Below are positions 57,107 to 64,000 of a stretch of DNA of 64,000 nt, piece after piece. Both the position numbers and the translations under genes were made by a program. Below the pieces are notes generated by a model. It saw only the letters and a program-made list of their open reading frames with translations. It did not search any database and was not told where the DNA came from. This DNA is from Bacteroidetes bacterium GWF2_43_63 (lineage in GTDB: Bacteria > Bacteroidota > Bacteroidia > Bacteroidales > DTU049): NCBI GenBank assembly GCA_001769275.1, contig MEOQ01000045.1:129821-193820 (forward strand), read 5' to 3'. Every line of letters starts with the position of its first letter. Positions within the stretch are counted from its first letter, which is position 1.

Positions 57107-57615
57107 TGATGCATAGCGCTTCAGGCATGCGGCATAGAGCACGACGCATGCGGCATGAAGCACAACGCAAAGCGCACAAAGCTTAATGCTTAACGATTGC
57201 ACAAAACCCTAAGCCTTCAACTACATCCCGCTCCCGCTCTCATTCTCGCTCTGATTCCCGCTCTCGCTCAGATGATTCCCGCTCTCGCTCTCACGCTCGC
57301 TCTGATTTTTTCAGCCTCTCTGCGTCGCGCCTAGTCATCACGTGAAACCACGTAAAACGTGGCAAGCTGTGACAGGCTGTTTCACGCATAGCGACCTGTC
57401 ACGATTGCTATCGTGAGCGTTGAAGAGGCACAGCGCACAACGCATAGCTTAATGCTTAAGAGCTTAAAGATTAGACAAAACCTTAAACTTTCAACTTTAA
57501 GCTTTAAGCAATCGCCTCATCGCCCCCTCGCCTGTAACGTGTAACGCCTTCCGCTTCCAGCGGAATAAATTCCACGCCTGTAACGCCCGTAACGATTGTA
57601 ACGACCATATTTGTA
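57107..57615. repeat. Mosaic intergenic repeat composite (GCATGCGGCATG left, CGCTCTCGCTC middle, CACGTGAAAC, GTAACG array right)
   Basis: 57110-57195 is GCATGCGG-type and 57225-57310 is a CGCTCT run. 57384-57425 is identical to 55471-55512, and 57533-57576 is identical to 59326-59369. Confidence 0.9.
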
Positions 57616-57984
57616 ATTAAGCCAATAATATTTTTTATCTTTGCGATAAGTCTCGCAACGAAAATTTTCGCAATACATGGAAATGAATTCCTTTAGATTT
57701 GGAACCCATTGCTCCGAAACGAAAGGCATTCTTTAGTCTGACATAGGCGCAGCAGTCAATCTATGGTCCAACATTTTTGCATTTTCAGAGATTTTATGGT
57801 CTGAAAAAACAACATTTATTGATCATTATTGGTTTGGAAAAACGAAAATTGTAGCTGAATAAATTTGAAAAGAACACATTATCAGCATAATATACTCCAA
57901 GGTTGCCATGCGCAATAATTGGTACAACAATGTTAATAAGGTTGAAATATGGAAATTAAAATTCCAAAATGCAACCATAATTAT

Positions 57985-57992
57985 TATCTTTG
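57985..57992 (+). promoter_or_regulatory. Candidate -7 box (TAtcTTTG) for the AAA+/DUF4143 gene at 58029
   Basis: tatctttg lies 37 nt upstream of ATG 58029. Confidence 0.45.
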
Positions 57993-58028
57993 CAATGGAA
58001 ATTAGTGGTATCACCAGTCTATGAATCT

Positions 58029-59186
58029 ATGATAACACGTTTTTTATATTCTGAACTATCCTGGTCCATGCAAAAGTTCCCGGCTGTCTGCATCACGGGC
58101 CCACGACAATGTGGAAAGACAACGCTTGCAAAACAATTGTGTTCTGCCTCTGCCAAAGATTTCATCTATCTTGATCTTGAAAAGCATGAAGATTTGATGC
58201 GCATTAAAGATGCCGGCCTTTTTTTTCGTGATAACAGGGATAAACTGATTGTTCTGGACGAAATTCAACGAAAACCAGAGCTTTTCTCAGAAATCAGAGC
58301 CGAAATTGATGCCTTCAAACGCTCCGGCCGCTTTCTGATTCTTGGATCGGCCAGCCCCGATATTATTAAAAACACATCAGAAACACTTGCTGGCAGAATC
58401 CGATATATCCATTTGCATCCTTTCATTCTGAGTGAATTGAATGATCCTGTGTCGTGGAAGGACTTGATGTTCTGGGGCGGATTCCCCGATGTTGTACTCG
58501 ATAATGATGAGAGATTCAGGAAGGAATGGCTCGATAACTTTATTTATACCTATCTCGAACGCGATTTGCCTATGCTCGGTTTAAAAGCTGATCCTGTACA
58601 GATTCGCCGATTGTGGGAAATGCTTGCGTGGCAGGCCGGCAGCCTTCTCAATTCCTCAAATCTCGGCCGCTCTCTTGGCGTTTCAAACCATACTGTAAAT
58701 AATTATCTCGATTATCTCGAAGGGGCTTTCATGATTCACCGTATTGAACCATTCGATGCCAATATCGGGAAACGAATCGTTAAGTCTAAAAAGGTATTTA
58801 TTGCCGATACCGGACTTTTACACCGCCTGTTGCGTCTTAGTTCTTACGACCAGCTTATGGGCAATGCGATGGCAGGTCATTCCTGGGAAAACTTTGTATT
58901 CAATCAGCTGCAGCCACTATTGAAAAACGACTGGAATATCTGGTTTTACCGCACACATACTGGTGTTGAAACCGATCTTGTACTTGGAAAAGGAATGAAA
59001 CCCCTGGTGAGTATTGAAATAAAACTTTCATCGTCTCCTGGTATGACACGCGGCTTTGCAACAGCGATTGCAGATCTTGGAACTCTGAAGAATTTTATCA
59101 TTATCCCTGAAAGCGAAAAATTCAGAGTAAGGGAAGATGTTACTGTCTATGGCCTTCAACAGTTTATCGCCGAATTACCTTTGTAA
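58029..59186 (+). CDS. AAA+ ATPase with C-terminal DUF4143 (second, divergent paralog)
   Basis: Start moved to MITRFLYSEL.. Walker A ..TGPRQCGKTT.., Walker B ..LIVLDEIQRKP.., ..LGSASPDIIKNTSETLAGRI.., and C-terminal ..GVETDLVL.. Confidence 0.85.
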   Translation: MITRFLYSELSWSMQKFPAVCITGPRQCGKTTLAKQLCSASAKDFIYLDLEKHEDLMRIKDAGLFFRDNRDKLIVLDEIQRKPELFSEIRAEIDAFKRSGRFLILGSASPDIIKNTSETLAGRIRYIHLHPFILSELNDPVSWKDLMFWGGFPDVVLDNDERFRKEWLDNFIYTYLERDLPMLGLKADPVQIRRLWEMLAWQAGSLLNSSNLGRSLGVSNHTVNNYLDYLEGAFMIHRIEPFDANIGKRIVKSKKVFIADTGLLHRLLRLSSYDQLMGNAMAGHSWENFVFNQLQPLLKNDWNIWFYRTHTGVETDLVLGKGMKPLVSIEIKLSSSPGMTRGFATAIADLGTLKNFIIIPESEKFRVREDVTVYGLQQFIAELPL

Positions 59187-59440
59187 CGCCTTCCGACCTT
59201 CAAGAGTCGCGACTGTGTCACGTTTCACGTGAAGCGTCCTGGAAGAGTCGGAGAGAGAACGCACAGCGCCCAACGCCAACGCGCCGCCCACCTTGTCACT
59301 TTGTTACCTTGTCACTCTGTTACTCTGTAACGTGTAACGCCTTCCGCTTCCAGCGGAATAAATTCCACGATTGTAACGCCACGCTTTCAGCGTGATAAAC
59401 TCCACGCCTGTAACGCCTGCATCCGATCAAAACACATCTG
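59187..59440. repeat. Mosaic intergenic repeat composite ending in a GTAACG array
   Basis: 59223-59287 is about 90% identical to 53797-53861 and 59326-59369 is identical to 57533-57576. Hairpins present are ccgcttccagcgg and cacgctttcagcgtg. Confidence 0.9.
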
Positions 59441-59513
59441 CGTCCAGTATGCCGGCAGCAGTTGAAATATTTCGTTTTTATGCAATATATTTGCTGTAAT
59501 GAATAAAATAGAC

Positions 59514-59521
59514 TATATTTG
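59514..59521 (+). promoter_or_regulatory. Candidate -7 box (TAtaTTTG); a second copy lies at 59486-59493
   Basis: tatatttg lies 20 nt upstream of ATG 59541. The other copy lies 6 nt upstream of ATG 59499, so the true start is ambiguous. Confidence 0.4.
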
Positions 59522-59540
59522 TACAGTAAAGAACAATTTA

Positions 59541-60806
59541 ATGATTAAAAACATTATTATTCAGCAGCAGGAAGAAAAATTATTTTTGCTAAACCGGCCA
59601 TATATTGAACGTATTGAAGCCGGTGAAAAAACAAAATTATTAAAGACAAGTCTTATTAAAGTCATTGCAGGGCCCAGAAGAGCCGGAAAGTCGGTGATTG
59701 CTCTTCAGCTTTTGAAAGAGAAAAATTTTGCCTATCTGAATTTTGACGATGATTTGTTGTTGAAACACTTCGCCGAAGACAAGGTGCTGCAAGCATTGCA
59801 TCAGATATACCCGGGGTTTGAATATTTATTGCTCGATGAAATTCAAAATCTTGATGGCTGGGAATTATGGGTGAATAAATTGTATCGCCGTGGTATTAAT
59901 ATGATTATCACAGGTTCCAATGCCAGATTGCTTTCACATGAACTGGCCTCGGGTCTGACAGGCCGTTTCGTGCAGTTGACAGTTTTGCCATTTGGCTTTG
60001 CCGAAGTCATTAGGTTTAGCAACTTGTTGCCCGCAGAAAAGCCTCAGGCCACTCTGACAAAGAAAGCCAGATTGCTTGCAATGCTCGAAAATTATCTTTC
60101 CAATGGCGGCTTTCCTGAGACATTGTTGAATCAAGGGCTATTGGTAAATTATCTTTCATCCTTGTTTGATTCTATTTTATTAAAGGATATTCTGAATCGT
60201 TTTCATATTCGCCAAACCCGGCAGTTATACGATTTGTCGCACTACCTGCTGTCGAATTACACAAATTGTTTTACCTTTAACCAGTTGAAAGAATCGCTTG
60301 ATTTCAACAGCGTTGCAACCGTTCAGAAATTTACCGGTTATCTCGAAGAACCCTATCTTTTTCAGCATCTCACACGATACAATACCAAAATAAAAAGTCA
60401 GCAGAAAGCACCACAAAAAATATACATTGTCGATAATGGATTTGTAAAAGCCAGGTCGTTTGAATTGTCGCCCAATTACGGCCGCCTGCTTGAAAATCTT
60501 GTATTTGTCGAATTGTTGCGACGAAATTTTCTGCCCGAATTGTCATTGTTTTATTACCGTACCCGTAATGACCGTGAAGTTGATTTTTTGCTTCGGGAAG
60601 GAAATAAGACAGATCAGTTGATTCAGGTCTGCTATGCGATGGATCAACCCAAAACAATCAAACGGGAAATTAGTGCGCTTATTGAAGCAGCTGAGGAACT
60701 CAAATGCACAAAGCTTTTGATAATTACCTGGGACAAAGAGGAAGTGATAGAACAGAAAAATCTTCGTATTGTTGTTGTACCGGCCTATAAGTGGCTAATG
60801 GAATAG
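59541..60806 (+). CDS. AAA+ ATPase with C-terminal DUF4143 (third, divergent paralog)
   Basis: Walker A ..AGPRRAGKSV.., Walker B ..YLLLDEIQNLD.., ..TGSNARLLSHELASGLTGRF.., and C-terminal ..REVDFLL.. The alternative start at 59499 would add 14 aa. Confidence 0.8.
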   Translation: MIKNIIIQQQEEKLFLLNRPYIERIEAGEKTKLLKTSLIKVIAGPRRAGKSVIALQLLKEKNFAYLNFDDDLLLKHFAEDKVLQALHQIYPGFEYLLLDEIQNLDGWELWVNKLYRRGINMIITGSNARLLSHELASGLTGRFVQLTVLPFGFAEVIRFSNLLPAEKPQATLTKKARLLAMLENYLSNGGFPETLLNQGLLVNYLSSLFDSILLKDILNRFHIRQTRQLYDLSHYLLSNYTNCFTFNQLKESLDFNSVATVQKFTGYLEEPYLFQHLTRYNTKIKSQQKAPQKIYIVDNGFVKARSFELSPNYGRLLENLVFVELLRRNFLPELSLFYYRTRNDREVDFLLREGNKTDQLIQVCYAMDQPKTIKREISALIEAAEELKCTKLLIITWDKEEVIEQKNLRIVVVPAYKWLME

Positions 60807-61188
60807 AGCATAGGGCTTGCGGCATGCGGTCCCGCCTTCGTCGGGATAAACTCCGGGTATGCGGTGCACAACGTCACGCTTGCAGCGTGATAATCTCCAC
60901 GCACAGCGCACAAAGCTCGGCGCATGCGGCAAGGCTTTGCATCGCTCCCGCTCTCATTCTCGCTCTCTCTCTCGCTCTGATTCCCGCTCTCGCTCAGATG
61001 ATTCTCGCTCTCGCTCTCACGCTCGCTCTGATTTATTCAACCTCTCTGCGTCGTGAAGCGACCTGAGTGCGTTGAAGAAGAACAAAGCACATCGCCTCCA
61101 CGCCACATCGCATCATCGCCACATCGCCACCTCGCTCCCACGCCACCTCGCCAAAAAAAAATATACATGGCTCATTCAGAACTGACAA
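60807..61188. repeat. Mosaic intergenic repeat composite
   Basis: gcttgcggcatgcgg at the left edge, 60905-60950 matching 55364-55412, a CGCTCT run (60945-61035), and a CATCGCCAC/CCTCGC run (61090-61152). Confidence 0.85.
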
Positions 61189-61293
61189 CCAATAACCATT
61201 AACCAATAACCATTAACCATTAACCAATAACCAATAACCAATAACCAATAACCATTAACCATTAACCATTAACCATTAACCATTAACCAATAA
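61189..61293. repeat. 15-unit heptanucleotide array of two variants (CCAATAA / CCATTAA)
   Basis: The units are exactly contiguous in the order A T A T T A A A A T T T T T A (A=ccaataa, T=ccattaa). The array is flanked on both sides by actgac and ends 23 bp before a TAtaTTTG box. Confidence 0.95.
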
Positions 61294-61315
61294 CTGACCA
61301 CTGGCAGCTAATTCT

Positions 61316-61323
61316 TATATTTG
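61316..61323 (+). promoter_or_regulatory. Candidate -7 box (TAtaTTTG) almost abutting ATG 61328
   Basis: tatatttg ends 4 nt before the annotated ATG. This implies either a leaderless transcript or use of a downstream Met. Confidence 0.4.
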
Positions 61324-61327
61324 CAAA

Positions 61328-62686
61328 ATGTGGACATTCAACCCCTCCGATTATATAACCCTCTGGGACTGGCTCCTGTCGTTTATGTATATGGGCATGG
61401 CCATGATGGTTTTCTGGGTGTATATCCGCTTCCGAAAAAACGATGACCCTGCATATCGCTGGTTTATTCCCGCCCTCTTTTTCAAATTTCTGGGCGGTAT
61501 CGCCGTGCTGATGATCTATGCATATTATTACACAGCAGGAGGTGATACTTATTCTTATTTCGATAACACCAAAGTTCTTATACGGCTATCTGGAGATGAT
61601 TTTTCTTCGGCATTTCAGTTTTTGCTGGGCGATAACAGCTGGGAATCCTATTCAAAATTCACTTTCGAATCCGGGCGCCCATGGACGGATCTGTATGCTG
61701 ATGACAATGCCTGGGCGGTCAGCCGGTTCACTTATCCAATTGTAATATTAGGATTGGGCCGAATAATGACTTCAACCATTCTTTTCAATGTATTTGCTTT
61801 CATTGGTCCCTGGAAACTCTTCAAATTTCTCAATCAGCGTTACCCCGGACAAACAGCCCGCCTGGCCTTTGCCATCTTCTTCATTCCATCCTGTGTTTTC
61901 TGGGGTTCGGGTTTGTATAAGGACAGCTTCACGCTTTCAGCCACGTTGTGGATTCTGTATTCCATCATGGCCATTTCGTTTGAAAAGAAAAAAATTGCAC
62001 TCAATATTTTTTTGATTCTGGTCAATTCTTATTTAATAATCAGCATCAAACCCTATATTTTTGTGGCGCTCATGCCGGCCGCACTCATTTTGTTTCTGTA
62101 TTCATCGGTGCAGAATATCCGTAACAAGGCACTCCGTGTGCTGGTGCTTCCATTGGGCACAGCAATTCTGCTTGTCGGAGGATTATCCGCTTATTCTTAT
62201 CTTTCTCCATCACTTGGAAAATACGGAAGCATGGATTCTATGATGGAAAAATTAGTGGTCACCCGCGAGGACTTTATAAACAACAAAACCTACAGCTCCA
62301 ACTTTTTCGATATCGGAGATTTTGATCCAACCATGGGGGGCCTTGCACGAAAGGCACCGCTGGCCTTCATTTACGGATTGTTCGGTCCTTTTCCCTGGCA
62401 GGTGGCCAACCCCGTGATGGCCATCAGTTCGCTCGAGGGAATGTTGTTTCTGGTTTTATTTGTAATCGCATTGCGAAATGTATTGTTTCGAAAGGGCGCA
62501 TCCAGAGTGCTTTCCGATCCGGTGATCATAGGGTTTCTCATTTTTTCTCTCATGTTTATCATCTTTGTGGGATTAAGCACCGCCAACTTCGGATCACTGG
62601 TCCGGTATCGCATTCCGGCGCTGCCGCTGTTCTTTTTCTGTGTGATGTATATTATTGGCAAAACGCGGAGAGATCAGCTGGAGTAA
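61328..62686 (+). CDS. Polytopic membrane protein (polysaccharide polymerase/glycosyltransferase-like topology; function unknown)
   Basis: 452 aa with about 11-12 hydrophobic segments and a mid-protein soluble loop. It neighbours a HisF-like (WbuZ-type) sugar-modification gene. Confidence 0.6.
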   Translation: MWTFNPSDYITLWDWLLSFMYMGMAMMVFWVYIRFRKNDDPAYRWFIPALFFKFLGGIAVLMIYAYYYTAGGDTYSYFDNTKVLIRLSGDDFSSAFQFLLGDNSWESYSKFTFESGRPWTDLYADDNAWAVSRFTYPIVILGLGRIMTSTILFNVFAFIGPWKLFKFLNQRYPGQTARLAFAIFFIPSCVFWGSGLYKDSFTLSATLWILYSIMAISFEKKKIALNIFLILVNSYLIISIKPYIFVALMPAALILFLYSSVQNIRNKALRVLVLPLGTAILLVGGLSAYSYLSPSLGKYGSMDSMMEKLVVTREDFINNKTYSSNFFDIGDFDPTMGGLARKAPLAFIYGLFGPFPWQVANPVMAISSLEGMLFLVLFVIALRNVLFRKGASRVLSDPVIIGFLIFSLMFIIFVGLSTANFGSLVRYRIPALPLFFFCVMYIIGKTRRDQLE

Positions 62687-62689
62687 ACA

Positions 62690-63262
62690 CTTTATGTGAA
62701 AATGTGCGACTGCGTCGATGTGCGGCTTCGCCGTATGTGTGAATATAAGCAACATAAAAACTGGCCATTGGCTACTGAATACTGGCTACTAGTAAGAAGG
62801 TGTGAAAATGTGGGGCTCACGTAAAACAGCTTGTCACGTTTCACGTGATGACACGTTCGCCCATGCGGCGCGGAGTTTATCCAGCTGGAAGCGGGGCGCA
62901 TGTGAGAATTTTAGATTCTGCAAATGATGTGAAAATGTGAGGCTCACGTAAAACAGCTTGTCACAGCTTGCCACGTTTCACGTGGTTTCACGTGATGACA
63001 TGTTCGCCTATGTGAGAATTAGAGATACCTTAAAAGCTATGAGTTATGGGTTATAAGTTATGAGTGTAGCGTTGTAACGTCTGTAACGACACAGCCCCTT
63101 CTTTAACCTCTCTGCGTCGCACAGCGACCTGAGTGCGTTAAAGAAGCCCATTACTTCTCAGCTTCTGCTCAGAGCTGATCGCTGATTATCCCGAGTCCTG
63201 CGGACGGGACTTCGCTGACAGCTGATGACTGAGATGTAACGATTGTAACGTGTAACGAAAGG
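62690..63262. repeat. Mosaic intergenic repeat composite with a long direct repeat rich in CACGTG and two GTAACG clusters
   Basis: gtgaaaatgtg[ga]ggctcacgtaaaacagcttgtcac..gtttcacgtgatgaca[ct]gttcgcc occurs at about 62802-62870 and about 62929-63012. GTAACG clusters lie at 63070-63093 and 63236-63258. Confidence 0.85.
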
Positions 63263-63264
63263 TT

Positions 63265-64000
63265 CTAAAAGCAACTGATTTCTTCTGCAGCCGGGTAATT
63301 AATCAACACTGCCTTATTCGGACCATAAAACACAAACATGCTTCCGGCAGCAAGAGCAGTAGCGTGTGCCTGATGGTATGCATCGCGCATGTGCTGCAGG
63401 TTTCCGGCACCCCCCAATGCAACAACGGGAATGGTGACTGCAGCAGATATTTTTGCAATCAGATTCAGATCATATCCATTCATAGTGCCATCGTGATCGA
63501 TGGATTGCACTATAATTTCACCGGCGCCCTGATGTTGCATCTCGATGGCAAATTCAACCGGATTTAAACCGCTGGCTTTTGTGCCATTGATAATATAAGT
63601 TTGCTCGTCGCCTAAAAATTTCTTTTTCACATCCATGCATACAACAATGGTCGAAGCGCCAAAAGTATCGGATGCTTTTCTGATAAATTCTTTATTCAAC
63701 ACCGCCTGAGTATTAATAATCACTTTCTCGGCACCGGCATTGGTCAATTCGCGAATTTGCTCAATAGTAGAAATGCCGCCACCAACAGCGAAAGGCATAT
63801 TGGCTTCTTCGCCCACTTCGCGCACAAAATCAACCGAAATGCAGCGGCTTTCCCGCGTTGCTTTTATATCGAGAAAAACGAGTTCATCTGCTTTCAGATC
63901 ATTGAATATTTTTACAGCATTGATGGGGTCTCCGATGTATTTCGGATTCCCAAACCGGACGGTTTTCACAAGCACCTGGTCTTTTAGTAATAGGACGGGT
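63265..64000 (-). CDS. HisF-like cyclase subunit (WbuZ/HisF2-type, sugar amidination), 5' end outside the window
   Basis: ..VKTVRFGNPKYIGDPINAVKIFNDLKADELVFLDI.. and ..GGGI..IEQI..L...GAEKV.IN.. The reading frame stays open upstream of the track Met to position 64000 (..PVLLLKDQVL..). Confidence 0.8.
   Translation of the reverse strand, partial: PVLLLKDQVLVKTVRFGNPKYIGDPINAVKIFNDLKADELVFLDIKATRESRCISVDFVREVGEEANMPFAVGGGISTIEQIRELTNAGAEKVIINTQAVLNKEFIRKASDTFGASTIVVCMDVKKKFLGDEQTYIINGTKASGLNPVEFAIEMQHQGAGEIIVQSIDHDGTMNGYDLNLIAKISAAVTIPVVALGGAGNLQHMRDAYHQAHATALAAGSMFVFYGPNKAVLINYPAAEEISCF

Noticed and set aside
52350-63262. Integron-like cassette array, with genes separated by structured repeats.
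   Set aside because: There is no integrase or attI. Gene orientations are mixed, and the inter-gene repeats are 250-570 bp mosaics rather than single attC-type imperfect palindromes.
1-64000. Diversity-generating retroelement, prophage, conjugative element or classical IS as the source of the repeats.
   Set aside because: No reverse transcriptase, integrase/recombinase, phage structural, relaxase or DDE transposase ORF is present in any frame. The only mobility-type gene is the RAYT-like ORF.

Overview
This 64 kb chromosomal segment looks like a Bacteroidota genome. Three secreted proteins end in T9SS-type C-terminal sorting domains, TAnnTTTG -7 promoter boxes sit just upstream of many starts, and the gene content fits (TonB_C paralogs, PFOR/NifJ, GH29 fucosidase, C69 dipeptidase, e(P4) phosphatase). 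I support about 48 protein-coding genes. I saw no rRNA, tRNA, CRISPR array, integrase or reverse transcriptase. Housekeeping genes include mntP, sodB, an ABC-F ATPase, pabA/pabB, mnmD, rnhB, purD and nifJ. A phosphate-related set comprises a porin, a PhoR/PhoB-like two-component pair, two PiT transporters and an acid phosphatase. Three things stand out. (1) A tightly packed six-gene minus-strand operon (29330-36694) encodes a DltA-like adenylating enzyme, a GNAT, a DltC-like carrier protein, a DltD-like SGNH protein, an SGNH protein with three LysM domains, and an MBOAT. This looks like a Dlt-type carrier-dependent acylation pathway re-wired for a diderm envelope, probably targeting peptidoglycan. 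(2) Intergenic DNA is saturated with mosaic repeats built from short words (GCATGCGGCATG, CGCTCTCGCTC, CACGTGAAAC, GTAACG arrays, a CCAATAA/CCATTAA heptamer array). There are also two families of hairpin-rich elements bounded by terminal inverted repeats. All composites in the window have the same polarity. (3) An accessory segment (52.3-61.3 kb) carries three divergent AAA+/DUF4143 ATPases, a HipBA toxin-antitoxin pair and an orphan SiaB-like kinase, each separated by those mosaics. A solo RAYT-type Y1 transposase (28495-29307) with an in-frame palindromic tandem duplication is a candidate, unproven, mobiliser of the repeats. All functional calls rest on motif recognition by eye; no database search was run.
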